Source: Octopus bimaculoides
Taxonomy: Eukaryota
Direction: 5' to 3'
Length of the DNA: 64,000 bases
Assembly (NCBI RefSeq): GCF_001194135.2
Contig: NC_068985.1
Span: 29,469,415 to 29,533,414 of the forward strand
The translations under genes were made by a program, and so were the position numbers. Positions 1 through 14,329 of this stretch are shown one piece after another. The notes under the pieces were generated by a model, which was not told the origin of the DNA, did no database searches, and worked only from the letters and a program-made list of their open reading frames with translations. Every line of letters starts with the position of its first letter. Position 1 is the stretch's first letter.

Positions 1-56
1 ACACAATCACAAAAAAAAAAAAATTGGAAAATATTTGGGCATACAAAAGTTTATGT

Positions 57-110
<54 letters not shown>

Positions 111-3100
111 AACATAGAGACATTTACAATGTAAGGGTTGCAGTTATACAGATATAACAAAAGATGAAAAAAAAGTTTCATCACTTATTAGAAAAGGAAA
201 AGTCTTCATTAGTGATGCATCTCAGAGCAAATTCAGCTGTAAAAAATAGCTTATAATACACTGAATTACAGAAGATGCATGGCAAGGGTGAATAACAACA
301 GGAAGAGTAGCCAGCTGTAAAAACAATGCATCAATAATATATTCATCTAACCCATGGAAAAACAGAAATAACAACAAATGAATGAGTTACAGACTTCTTG
401 AATTGCAAAAGAAGCAGAAAGCTGCCTGCAGGACTCAAATCCTACAACTTCTGAAACCTAGCATACTATAAGTTATTATTTATAGCTGAGTTTGCTTTGA
501 GATATATTGTTAATAAAGACATGGTTACATATTTCTCAATGCTAATGTAAAAGGCTGTACATAAAATTTGAAAATAAACTGATGCAGAAATAAAACCATC
601 ATAGCTATTTCTGTAATAACATTTTATTTCAAGAACTATATTCTAATTTAAATGATTTTTTTTTTTTTATTATAAATGTTTTACTGGTTACCAGCAATGA
701 ACTGAGCATATGTGTGGGTTAAGTATTGTGTCAAGAAGGCATATGACTAACGAATACTGCCTCAAAAAATTTCGTCCAGCTCATACCAGCATGGAATATG
801 CAGACATAAAAATGATAATGATGACATACACACATACATACAAATACACAAATATATAAATACATATGTAGGTTACAAGAAATGTGAGGAAAAATACTGA
901 TAAAGTATTATCATTTATTTTAGCTAAATCTGTTGATAGCCTCTCTAGAGTTTCCCAGGATTACCAGTATATCAAACAGCTGTTCAATAAACAAATCACA
1001 TGAGGAAACACCTAAGTAACAAACAGCTGACTGATTCAGTTGAAATAACTTGTATAATATTCAGATTCATGTGTTTATTGATATGAATAAACCATCAAGT
1101 CAATTAATAGGGAAAATTAACTTATAATCTTGATATTAAGTTATAGTTTGATTATTTAAATATTTTAATAAATTTTAATTTCCCCTACATTTATCGCATA
1201 TGTATTAGAATTATCTAACAGTCAATATATTTTCCAAATGTATGTAAAAACAAAACAAAAATGAAAAACATGCAAATTTCAAAAGAAATACATCTTTATC
1301 AAAATAAAACTTTAACTTGTAAGAAAGTTTTAAATTTATGAATGCTAGATATAAGTATATTTTTCAAATGTTGAATAGATTTATCGATTTACAAGAAAAA
1401 CACAAAATTAAAGAGAAACAGAATACAAAACTTTAATTTTAATATTATTCATACATGTCATTCAACTACTAATGTTTCTTTTCAAATGAAAATTTCGAAT
1501 GGACAAGAACTAAATTTTTTAAATATAGCATATATTTTTGATTGCTATTAATGATAGCGCATCAAACGCTCAACTTTTTAATGCTATTTTTATCAAATTC
1601 AAGTATTTTATGGACATATAGATGTACAAATGCAGATTTTGTTCTTGTCAAAGAAGTATATTGTTTTACATTAAAATATTTTTAGGATGCTAAAATGGAG
1701 AAAAATCAGAGCATGAATGATTTTTTGGGGTTTTTTTTTTTTCAGCAAACTTCTTGATTTTGGCAGAAAATATCCAAGTGGCATTGTGATTTCCATTGCC
1801 ATGGGGAAACATAACTTCCTAGTTGAACCATGAGAGTGTAGCATTTCATTGTTTTTTTTTTTTTTTTATTAATGGTAACTATTTTCTCATATAATGTAGC
1901 ATATATTTTCCAACCTTTTCTTACCAACTTTAAGTAAAATCTTCTTAGGGTTGAGGTTTAATTTTAGCTGGGATATGCTGTGTAGGGACCAGCATGTCAG
2001 AGAATAGACCCAATGTTTCCTCTGCACCCTGACCTCATAAAACCCTCACCAACAACGACTACCCAAACAGACCCATGGGTTGGAGGGTTGTCACCTGAAT
2101 GGTGCAGAGAAATCATCTGCCAGTAGTAGTAGTAGGGAATCACCAACAAATGGTGAATGCAGCGACATGCTGTGTTACAGAGCATGCCCCCATACTACTA
2201 CAACTACATATATAACTACAATATCCTTTCTACTATAGCCACAAGGCCTGAAAATTTTTAGGAGAAAGAATTAATTGATTACATCAACTCCTATACTTAA
2301 CTGGTACTTATTTTATCAACTCTGAAAGGATGAAAGGTAAAGTCAACCTCAGTGGAATCTGAACTCACAATGCAGAGACAGATGAAATGCTACTAAACAT
2401 TTTGTCTGGCGTGCTAACAATTCTGCCAGACAATTCTGCCGCTTTATATATATCTACAATATACTTCCTTTTATCAATACTCAGTTTCCATTAACAATCC
2501 ATGAAATACCACTGAATAATCACATAATTTATGTAATTATTGATTGTAATATGTTTCTTATATTGCCAAATCATATCTCATGTGGCACCCACTTTTTCTG
2601 ATTTAAATACTTACTTTGCTGAACTGTCTGACGAATGTAGATGAATAACAATATGAGATGAATTGAGTTTCTATGCCACTTCTTTATAATTTATAGAATA
2701 ATCTTCAACTGTTTCAAAGTAAGTGGTCAATATCAAACAAAATAGGGCATTGAAATTGCATTGTATTGCCAAACACCAATCATCAATGAGAAACTCTATG
2801 AACTGTTATTAACTAATTGCATATCTATATTTTATAGATGAGTTATTTTTCAAACAAATGCGAGCTTTCTACTCTATTAACCATAGTCTCTTACAAGGCT
2901 ATATTGATTGAAACATAGCATAGGTAGAAATACAAGCGATTAATAGTTTGGAATACCTAAGCAGTCAAAACAATGCCGTTATTGAGAGTTTTTCATATTC
3001 ACAATCTTAATGTTATAACAAAACTATAATAGCATTCATTTTGCACATTTTAACTTGTGAAGAACTGAACTGATATTTTAATATTACCACACTGATGGAA

Positions 3101-6100
3101 GTATTTGTTAAAAAAAAAGAAAAAAGCTAGTATTTGGATTGATTTTGCTATCATTTATTACAATCAATATAACAAAGTTTTTTAGATCCTTTAGATATAC
3201 TTCCAGAAAACTTAATTTTCAAAAAGAATGGAAGCTATTAAGTTTTCTCTATCATAGAAAGATACATTATTAATGGGATGATCTTGTAAATAAATGGAAA
3301 ATTGGTAATTAAGAAGAAAATAATCATCAACATTTTTAATTAAAAATTTGTTCTTTATTTAACCAGAAGGAAGATTGTTAACATATTTTAAATACATGTT
3401 AAAAATAACTTCAATTTACAATACAGACAACTGTAAAAACAACTAGTAAAAACAAATTTGCAAGTAAAGTTTTTTGTATTATTTTTTCCTAAGATAATAC
3501 TGTAAATAACCGTTAAATTCTAATTAGTGTTGTTTCTACATATAATGAATATTTCAATGAGCTAATCTAATAATTAAGATGTGTTTCAGTAATAGTTGCT
3601 TGCTATAAAATATGGTCAGCTAGCTTATTTAATCAATAAAAAATAAGACTAATGATGGTTGTGAAATAATTCAAAATAAATTCCAGTACCAGTATGACGG
3701 AACAATAACAAAACATGTAAAATACATTAATTATGAAGTCTAAAACATAATTAACACAATATAATTATTCGAATAATAATGTATTTAAAACATAAACAAC
3801 TTCTCCAAAACCTTTTTGCTGAGTTATTCACACAAATATGTGAAATTTCATATGTGTAATATTAAGTAAAAGACATTTAAGATATCAAACAAATTATAAA
3901 AGAACAAACATTAGCAGAAATTTTTAAAAGGGTGCAAGAGAGCTTTTGAAAAGTTCTGCAAATTGATATAGAAAGAGAAACAGATTTAGTAGATTTTAGA
4001 AGGTTGTTTTAATTCAGTCATAAAAGAAGCAAAGATGCACAGAGGATATAATAACATTTTCCTTCTGCATGTTATTTGTAGTATTTAACATTTAATAAAT
4101 GAATATAATTTTGTGTTTTATTGGTGTGTTTAAAACCACATTTCCTTGAATATTCAACTTTTAATTATGAACATCCAAAAAATATTTAAGTGAACAGCAC
4201 ACTGAAGTTAGAAAAATCAAAAGAGGAAATATAAACAGGTATGATATGGCAATGTTTTTCAAATCATCAGAATTAAATATGGTTAGTAAGTAAAAAAAAA
4301 AATTTAATGAATTAAAATTACATCCATAATGATGAAACCAATCATTTTCTAAATGACAAATGGCTTATATGAAAAAAATAACATAGGAGAAAGAGACAAC
4401 TTCAAAATTTTAATTAATCAAAACTAAATAAATATGAAGGGTAGAGAGGAGATAATCAATCTTTAGATCTATGACAGCTCTAGACATGTATTGGTTTCAG
4501 TCGACCTCTTTAGTGAAGCATAGTCTAACCACTACTGTAGATTTAGAATGAGTAGAGAACCAAGTAGGATGATTGTGAATGAATACTGAGTGGTGCTATA
4601 TCATAAAAGAAAGACTAGGATTGCATAATTAATAAAAGTAAACCCAAAGATAGTGGCTGAATATGAGAATCAGATACATTCACTTGTACAGATGAACAAA
4701 AATTGTCATAATTAATTTCTAAACCAGATAGGCCACTTCCTTATTAAAAAAAAAATCTGTTAGTACTCGAGATGATAATAGCAGAATGCATAAGCCATAT
4801 ATTTATACTCAACACTGTAAATTTATTTATTTATTTATAGGTAGCAACTCCGGAATAAAAGAGGAGTCAATAATTTCCAGACCACCAATTACTAAAATAT
4901 TTCAGCTCAACAAAAGCAGATTTAATTTTACCAACACAACAAATATTAAGGATTTTTAAAGATATAAAAGTTGAATTTTTTATTGAAGTACTTTACATTC
5001 AAATACTTGTAATTATAGTCTGTCTTAAGCATTTTTTAGTAGATGGTAATTTTTTAAAAGTCACTGAATGCCATTCTGGGTAAAAATGCTAAAGTGAATC
5101 ATTTGTATTTTGAAAATGCCTATAATTTTAAGACCTTATGATTCACCTATTTACTATTAAAGTGTTAAATAGGCAGGTAAAAAAAAAAAAAGATTGCCAA
5201 ATTAATCAGATATTTGCAAAGATTTCAGTTTATACATTTTGGGAATTGCTGCAGAAAATGCTCAACAAAATATCATCTAAATTACCACATCCAAATCATT
5301 TTTTATGTATTTATGTAAATCAAATATTTGATGCAAGAACTTGTTAATACAAAATTTTAAATTAGTCTTTTTATTTTTTTGTTGTGATAATTCTCAGTGA
5401 GAAGCAAAATGCTGAAGTTTTTTAAAACCATATTAACATTTGTTGCTGGCTTGGAAAACTTGTTCAAAGGAAGTAATTATTTAGTTCTTGAGTTTATAAA
5501 CTACTGTTAATAAATCAGATGAATTTTATGACATATTATTTTCCCTGCATATCTGTTGATGAAAGTAGCTGTCCATCTCTTAAGATTTATCTACTTTACA
5601 TGTGACTAAATGATAGAAGTGTTGAATTAAAGACCTTGAAAAGTCATAGCCATCATTTCATGTTATTCAAAAAACTACTTGCCTTAGCCAACTAGAAACT
5701 TGCTGTCAATTAAGGGTTAACCAAAAACACGAACAGCATTCAATCTCTACTAGAATGGGAAATATATGTTAAAACATTTTAAAAAGAAAAGCATTTATGC
5801 TTCATTATGTTTTACCAATAATCAATTAAAAAGCAACTTTAACAGAGGAATGGCTGAATAATTAATCAGCCAGATTTATAATCCTGATTTCGAATCTAAC
5901 CACATGCAGTACTTATTTTAATTATTTTAGTTTATCTAGCTGAAAAACTAGGTACCAATCCTACACCATAACAAAATGAATGTTTCTTCTATGGTCACCT
6001 TGCCATAAAAATACACATGAATATGTGAATTTGTGTCAATCGATCAAAATTTATATCAGTATGGAAAATTAAACATGCAGTTATAAAGCAGATTTGCAAT

Positions 6101-7000
6101 AAAAGCAAGTTTTGAAGTAAAACAAACTGATTTTCTTTTCAATCTCAAGAGAAATGAAAATGCTCATTATGCAATAGAATGCTGACTAGTTAGAAAGACA
6201 CAACAGCAATTTTCCCACTATTTTCATATTCAACAATAATAGTATTATGTTTTATATTTTTTAAAAATTAATACAAGTCTTTAGCAAAGCTACTTAAGAT
6301 ACATAATTCAAAATTCTAATTTCATTAAAATATATAAATATTAGATGTTTTCTGCATTAAAATAAAAACTTTTTCTCAAAAATTTAAAATATACTTTAAA
6401 AAACATGATATTTAAGAAATGTTAAAAATATTTTTAAAGAAATATTTGCAACCTTTAAAATTAAACTGCAAATTTGTTATTCATAAATAATCTATATTGA
6501 TGGTGTAAATAGCTATGCATCAATTTAAAATATTTTTCCGAAATAAATCATCTGAATATAAAATTTTAGAAGATTTTTTGTTTCTTGACCACTGAATATA
6601 CATGTTTTAGGCTCACATGCATTTAATACATGTCAAAAGACATGCAATTTCTAAGCATGTATTTAGGTATAAACATTTCTTCAATGAATGGCAAAATACA
6701 TAAAATAACAATAAATATCAGAGTTAAAAAGATTAATTAGAGGAATGTACCACACAAGGGGACTTACCAGAAAAACACTGGACAAGAGAACAAGATAAAT
6801 CATGCATTTCAATGAAGAGAATAGTTTTATATTCTATTAATCAAACTGAAATCAAACAAGTAAGGGGGGAATTTGGTTTGGATGCACTCCTAGAAGGGTC
6901 AATGAAGGACTACAAAGAGTGAAAGCCTATTGAACAGAATACCACTGCAAAAATGTTTGGAAACAGGGAGCAGGGAGGACGCCAACTTCAGCAAACTTAC

Positions 7001-7045
7001 CATGGTGTGGGCGGTGTCACTATCAGTAATGGTTCACACACAGAA
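7001..7045 (-). CDS. Probable 45-nt internal exon of the same gene (SVCEPLLIVTPPTP)
   Basis: Strong acceptor TTTTTGATTTTCCTTTCTCTAG and donor CATG|GTAAGT. Only the phase-2 frame is open, matching exon 1 and giving ...PKPLHRHSVCEPLLIVTPPTP. GC-richer unique sequence. Confidence 0.6.
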
Positions 7046-8268
7046 CTAGAGAAAGGAAAATCAAAAATTTGGCAAAAATATAATGCTTATTTAAAAGAAA
7101 ATTTTAAATTAACAACAGAAAAGATGTGTAATGTAAACTTATCTGAGAGAAATGGAAACAAACTGAAATAAATTTCATTGTATTTTGTGCAGATTAGGTT
7201 CTTCAAAGGACCTTCATTAAAGAAAAATAATGTAAAGAAATAATAAAAAAAGCCTACTCTGACAAGAACCCTCACAAAGGTTTTGTCACATTTCCTTTAC
7301 CTTCTTTAATAAAAAATGCATTCTGTGTTTACAAGCAAAAAAGTTTAAAGATAAAAATCCAACACCTCTAGATCTGAATTCAAAGAGAAACAAAGGAGTT
7401 TAGATCCATATACATTCTAATAAAAATTGATTTTGAAGTTCATGAAAGCAATTTCCTTAACAAACTGAAAGCAGCAAAATGTTAAGATATGCTTATAAAA
7501 GAGATCATCCACATACATGTTTTAACAAATCTACATCTTTATTAGCAAAACCATATATATTTTTGATACCATTCAGTTATATAAGAAATAAGCAAGTATA
7601 GAAAGAAAGCTTTATAAATATTTTTGACAGATACATCATCATCATTTTCTAGTCTATCAGGAATCAGACTGGCCAATATGAAAGTGCAACCCCAACTGTC
7701 TCTAGCTTGTGAGGCCCAAGTTTTTAAAGCCTAATCTGTCATTCCAAATATTCCTTGGTTTAGCTCTTTTCTATCTACTCTGTACTAATAACTTGTGGGA
7801 CTACCTTATCAAATACACAACATCCATATGCATTTATATCCCTAGTAGTTTCTCTCTGGACAAACTGACTAATGTTTAGAAACCCAGTTGTTTCCCACCA
7901 ACTACCTTATGGTTAGTTTTAGACGTTTATATTTGTATGATTTGTGGATACAATTTAAAAGAGCAGAAATTTAATTTGGAGTAGCCCATTAACCTCAGGC
8001 TAATAAATTTAATTACAAAATACAACATACTAAGTTCTTTTGAAACTCAGTGAAATATCAAAAATTCTAATATAGTTTTCTCATACACAAACATACCTAA
8101 CAATAAGTACACATATAATGTATGACAAAGGACTGCTGTTTTTGGTGAAGAAAGTCTATCCAACCTATAAAAGCATTAAAAAAAAATGGTTATAAAATGG
8201 TGATGGTACTAGTAATGACAGCAGTAGTTGGAATCAATATTGTCTACATTTGGAAATCTCCCAACTAT

Positions 8269-9447
8269 TATGAACTTTAGCTGAAATATTTGTACACTGA
8301 CCAAGACACTCTCACGGAATGGGACAAAATGAGATTTATTTTCCAAAACAGACCCCTTCTTCCACAGGTGCTGCAGTACTTGGATCCTATTGGCGAAGAA
8401 GCTTTCATCCTGTTGGTCATGAAAGTCATCAACAGTAGACATGACATCATCATCACAGCAATACTGATTCCCAGCCAAGTGTTTTTTCATGTTGGGGGAT
8501 AGATGACAATCAGATGGGGCCAAATCAAGAGAATATGGATCAACCAGTTCAAATCCACAGTCACATACAGCAGCCATGAGCATTGTCCTGATCAAACAAG
8601 ACCCCTTTCATCAGTTTTCTTGGGTCTTGATAACCTTTCATGACTGCCTCAGCAAGTTAGTATACTACTCTCCATTGATGGTGTGGTCCTTTTGATGATA
8701 ATCAATAAACACAATGCCTTTTGCATCCCAAAAAACTGAGGCCATCACCTTCCCTGCAGATGACACGACCTTGGCCTTGTTCGGAGCAGGTGAGGAGAAG
8801 TGTTTCCACTGCGTGGATTGTCTTTTTGTCTCTGGCTCAAAGTGATGGCCTCAACACTTATCCTGGGTTAGGAAATGGTTGAGAAAAGCAGCTGGAACTA
8901 CTTCAAACAATGTCAGATTTTCCTGTGACGTGACCAGGCTGGTGTGCTTGTGACCAGGTGTCAGAAAATGTGGCATCTACAGAGCAAAAACCTCCATCAT
9001 ACCAAGTTCCTTGTTCAGAATATTCTCAACTCTTCCATGGGATATATTAATAGCATTGGCTATTTGATTTATGTTTTCCTTAGTAGTGGCAGCTGCAGGA
9101 TGTCCAAACCTTGGGTCATATTCAAGATTCTCCCTTCCCCTCCTAAGTTCAGCTGCCCTCTTTTGTACTGTTGATAAAGCTGGACCATCATCCCCTAATG
9201 TAGCATGCACGTCATCATGGATGTCCTTGGGGGCTAAACCCTTTTTCTGCAGGTACTTAATAACACCATGATGCCGAATTTCATCTATTTTCAAGATAAA
9301 TCACTACCAGTTACTTTTGAAGTCTTCTTTGAACAGTCAGATGTCAGTTTACCTGGAACAAAACAATTCAATTACTAATAAGAAGAGCTGAAATTAATGC
9401 AAGTAACCTTTCACAGGTGTAGTATCACATTTTAGCCCACCTTCATA
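8269..9447 (-). mobile_element. Decayed mariner transposon, irritans (Himar1-like) subfamily
   Basis: N-terminal HTH region (VIKYLQKKGLAPKDIH...DPRFGHP), SAGKVMASVFWDAKGIVFIDY, QDNA and YSLDLAPSD motifs, with frameshifts. Degenerate terminal repeats starting TATGAA at both ends. Confidence 0.92.
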
Positions 9448-9639
9448 TATTCTTGCTAAATCCCCATATACCACTCTACTCCTCTAGCATCAATCACTTA
9501 CTCACCACTCCTACCCATATTCCTCCTTACTATTACTATTTCTCTCCAACCATGCAGTATGTGTAACAAAGGATCACATCATATTAGATTTGTCTATACA
9601 CAATCCTCCGTACCATTACCCATTCTTTATTGGTAACTA

Positions 9640-9640
<1 letters not shown>

Positions 9641-9688
<48 letters not shown>
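9641..9688. repeat. (CT)n microsatellite in a pyrimidine-rich decayed repeat region
   Basis: Direct reading. Confidence 0.95.
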
Positions 9689-9692
<4 letters not shown>

Positions 9693-11269
9693 TTCTACCC
9701 CTATTGCTCCTTGTTGACCATCATCATCTTATTCTCTCACCATTAACCATCTTCAAAGCTGTCTCTCACTCACACACACACACACTACACCTTTCTCTAT
9801 CACGCATTATTGACATCCATCACTCTCTCTCTCCCTCACCTCCAACATTCTCTCAAACTTACATAACTCACTTTTCTATCACTACCTCTCTCCTCTCACT
9901 CTTTCTCACTCCCTCTTCTATCCTCCTCTTATTTCTGTCTCTTCTCCATCACACCATGCATGCTATTTCTGTTCAATCTCCCTATCAAGAATTATTATAT
10001 AGCTTCCTTTACTACCAACTCACTTACTTTCTTGCCTCAATGAAATGCATCCAGTACATTCAGTAAAGTAGTTGGCAAATGAACAGAAATAATGCAGGGT
10101 GGAGAAGAGACTTCAGTCTTCCTGAGGACATATCAAACTTTCTGTGCTAGTATCGCAATAAAATGTACCCAGTACACATTGTAGAATGCTTGGCAATAGG
10201 AAAGACATCCTGTCATAGAAACTATACAGAAAAAGTGAAATGCATAAGCAAGATTTGATCCCAGAACTTTCCAGGAAAGCAGTGACTCAGAAAATTTTTC
10301 ATGTCTTTTTCCAACAAAAAAAATTATTTTTCCAAATGAACCAAACTAAATAATCACTGGATATCATTAATGATATTATTACTGTTACTTTAATTAATGG
10401 AAAAATTAACTCATAATCAACACACAAAAACATCCACTCACCCCCACCCCCCTTCTCTCTCTCTCACTCTCACACACACACACAAACTCATACAAAAGTC
10501 TTCTCAAACAATTTTGGTGAATTCTGAAGCTAAGCAGCCACTGAATAGCTAACTGAAAGTCTATCAGTCATTTAATGAGAAAAATGGACAATTTATTGCA
10601 GTTGATAAAAAGTTTGACCTCTTTTGACCTGTCATCAAATCAACTATCCCAGAAAATACCTCTTCATTCCTGTAATTTTAATTTTTTTTTTTTTTTAATT
10701 TCCTTCTCTAGCCAGCTCTCTCAAAATCTCATACATGCTTCGTTTTAAAATTCACCACACATTCATATAGATTCAAAATGATAAAGAACATGCTTTTTCC
10801 TAAACCCAAGAAAACAAATATATATGAAAGGAAAAAATTTTCACCAGCCCACAATTGATGATGCATTCTTGGAATGGATGAAAGCACTCAATAAAGAGTG
10901 TTTATCTAAACTCTGATTACCTTCTTTTATTAATATATATTCTTTACGAGTTTCAGCTCAAGAGCTGCAGTCATGCTGGGGCACTGCCATTTAAAAAAAA
11001 CTGGCACCTCATCGGTTATGAGTGTAGGGTGTAGAAAATGTACCTCAACACAAATTTAGTCCGATCTATGCAAGAATGGTGGACAGTAATATGATTATAT
11101 ATATATATATATATATATAAATAAAGAGAGAGAGAAAGAAAGAGAAGTTGAGAGAGAAAGAGAGGGGGAGAGAGAGAGAGAGGACCAAGAATACAGGGGA
11201 CAAGGTGGTAAAGCATGATCTTCAGAGATTGAGCCGCACAGAAGTGATGACAAATGATCGAAACCTTTA

Positions 11270-12062
11270 GCGATTTGTTGTGCTTAAGAAGACATGTCAA
11301 GCCAAATGAAATCATAGCTGTGGCCAGTGCCGGTGACATGTAAAAGCACTCATGCCAGTGGCACATAACAGGCACCCACTACACTCTTGGAGTGGTTGGC
11401 ATCAGGAAGGGCATCCAGCATTAAGAAACCAAGCCAAATCAGACTGCAGCCTGGTACAGCTTTCTGGCTTACAAGTTCCAGTCAAACTGTCTAATCCAAG
11501 CCACCATGGAAAATGGGTGCTGATAATTATATATATATATATATATTGTTTGAGAAGACCCAGCAACCCAGATGAGATTGTAGCCATGGCCAATGTCAGT
11601 GTTGCATAACTGGCCCATTTAAAAGTATCCTTCAAATTGTCAGGCAATATACTGAGCTTGAGAAGACCTGTTCAGTCAAGTGAAATCGTTGTTGTGGCTG
11701 ATGCCAGTGCCGCCTGACTGGCATCCGTGCTGGTGGCACATAAAAAGTACCATTCAAATGTAGCTGATGCCAGTGCCAGTGGCATGTAAAAAGCATCATT
11801 CGAGCATGGTCAATGTCAGTGCCACGTAAAAGGTACAATTTGAGCGTGGTCGATGCCAGTTTCGCCTGACTGGCCCCCATGCTGGTGGCATGTAAAAAGC
11901 ACCCACTACACTCTCGGAGTGGTTGGCGTTAGGAAGAGTATCCAGCTGTAGAAACCTTGCTAGAACAGATTGGAGCCTGGTGTAGCCTCCTGGCTTGCCA
12001 GTTTTCAGTCAAACCATCCAACCCATGCCAGCATGGACAGCAAACATTAAATGATGATGATG
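11270..12062 (+). mobile_element. Two adjacent LINE 3'-UTR/SINE-like tails with internal short repeats and a (GAT)n end
   Basis: AGGAAGGGCATCCAGC...AACCCATGCCAGCATGG...TTAAATGATGATG tail. Related pieces at about 24008-24260 (+), 40030-40340 (+), 55250-55380 (-), 59527-59800 (-), 60480-60625 (-) and 62140-62330 (+). Confidence 0.8.
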
Positions 12063-13361
12063 ATAATATATATATAGAGGGTAAAGGGTAAAAGATATAT
12101 GTATATATATAAACATGCATATTCACAGAAAAATATTCATATATTTACATTCACCACATATAGGCAATCTTTCCCTTGCAACAGATCTTATGAAATATTG
12201 CTTAGTCACATAAATAAATCATAAAAATCTGATGAAGAGAAAACATTAGTGAATGACTGAGAGAAAGAAAAAGAAACAAGAATGTTCAAATAAAGTGAAG
12301 CCTAAATATTATATTACAAACTTTCAATAGAATGTTATTATATTTATTTAACCATGATATTGCATATGCCAGACAAAAAAGTCATAAAGCACCAGTTGTG
12401 GACCAAGTGTCACAGGTTTTGCATACCCGATTTACACAAAATACATGCTTTCATAAATGCATACTTATGTCACAATATACATATACACTAGTCATGACAG
12501 TATGGACATTAAACGATGATGATGATACACATGCAGGTACACATATACATACATGTGCACATGAGAATGTAGATCAGGGACTTTGTTCTATTGACCATTC
12601 AACAAAGTTGTATTCAATAAAAGAGTATTATGTGTGTGTGTGTATTTGTGAAAAAAGAGTGAAATAGTCACTGTTCTTTATTTACTGACAATAAACAATG
12701 ACCTCTGATGAGAACTTATATAAAGCAGAAACAGCTGAATATATAATGATATAATATCGACAATATTGATCTGAAATGTCTGGGATAATTATAATTTATC
12801 TAGCAAAAGCAATATTAGATGTTTAAATTACAACTGTCATTATCATCTTCTTCCAAATCTATGTTAATTCAACATGTTTTGCTTACATATACATGAATTT
12901 GTACAAGATTTTTATCTTTTTTGGTTGGGAAAATATGAATTGGAAAAAAAAATCTTTCCAAATATCCAAACTTTAAGTTATTTCTTCTTTAAGCTATACG
13001 ATCAAATTTATATCCAACTCAAAACAGAAATATTTCTCAGTTACTTCTTCCATCAATCATCAATCAGAATGATTAATAAATTACTGGTGCATTAACAGTA
13101 TTTTGTTTCAAGGCTATGCTGTACTATAGAATATATCTATAAATTTACAATCAACACTAGATTTTATAGATAGAAGTAAACAACTTATCTTTACATACAA
13201 TATTTTCATGTACAGAAAAAAAAAGGATGAACCAGATTGCTTTAAGATTTTTTCGGTGACCAAGTTCTCTTTAATATTTTTAACTGTCTATGAAGACACT
13301 GCTTATAAACCCACCTTTACTTAGGGTTTCTACAAATCAGACAGACTGATTAGTATATATA

Positions 13362-13573
13362 CAGGGTGTCCACAAAGTCAAGGTACATGGGGATTAACAC
13401 CTACTTTAAGAAATTATTATTTCTTATATTTAATTGTTTATGTTATGATTTTATTTATTTCATGTACCCACATGGAGATTAACACATACTTTAAGAAATT
13501 ATTATTTCTTATATTTAATTGTTTATGTTATGATTTTATTTACTCCATGTACCCAGACCTTGTGGACACCCTG
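13362..13573. mobile_element. Tc1-type MITE with an internal ~84-nt duplication
   Basis: TA-flanked TIRs CAGGGTGTCCACAAAG... and ...CTTGTGGACACCCTG. Confidence 0.85.
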
Positions 13574-13918
13574 TATATTGCATTCTTGCAACTAGTTCAA
13601 TTAATTAAATATTAGTACATTATGAATTTTATTTCAATGGTACTGATTTGCAAATGTAATTTGCATTACATAGAATACTCAGTCATCAATAAAATCTCAA
13701 CATAGGAATGAAACTATTCTAGCTGATCTCTCTTTTTCTTTCCATGAAGATATTTTATATAAAGATAAGATGTTTACATCAGTCTATTATACTATTAAAT
13801 AGTGTCGGTTAAAATTTACAGATATATTCTGTGGTACAGTAGAGTATGGAAACAAGATATTATTAACACACTATTGTGTGTGTGTGTGTGCATGCACGTG
13901 CACATATGCAAGTGTGCA

Positions 13919-13951
<33 letters not shown>

Positions 13952-14017
13952 NNNNNNNNNNTAACATACAAAAATAAGAGGAATGACCAGCAAAAGTGGA
14001 CTCCTATATGCAATATA

Positions 14018-14144
14018 CAGGGTGTCGACAAGGTCTGGGTACATGAAGTAAATAAAATCATAACATAAACAATTAAATATAAGAAATAATAGTTTCTTGA
14101 AGTAGGTGTTAATGCCCATGTATCCAGACTTTGTGGACACCCTG
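14018..14144. mobile_element. Second, inverted copy of the same MITE (127 bp, no internal duplication)
   Basis: Same TIRs; its flanks match those of the 13362 copy in reverse complement. Confidence 0.85.
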
Positions 14145-14278
14145 TATATATATACTAATCAGTCTGTCTAATTTGTAGAAACCCTAAGTAAAGGTGGGTT
14201 TATAAGCAGTGTCTTCATAGACTGTTAAAAATATTAAAGAGAACTGGTTTTAATTGATTAATATCAATTTCTACCCTT

Positions 14279-14329
<51 letters not shown>

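Larger units (their letters stand above)
13263..14245. repeat. Inverted duplication (arms 13263-13583 and 14008-14245) spanning a 10-N gap
   Basis: The MITE plus about 100 nt of outer unique flank and about 10 nt of inner flank match in reverse complement. Confidence 0.92.

Noticed and set aside
9590-10066. 158-aa ORF, and similar ORFs at 28489, 51695, 57250, 58908 and 61541
   Set aside because: These are low-complexity translations of microsatellites or antisense LINE remnants.
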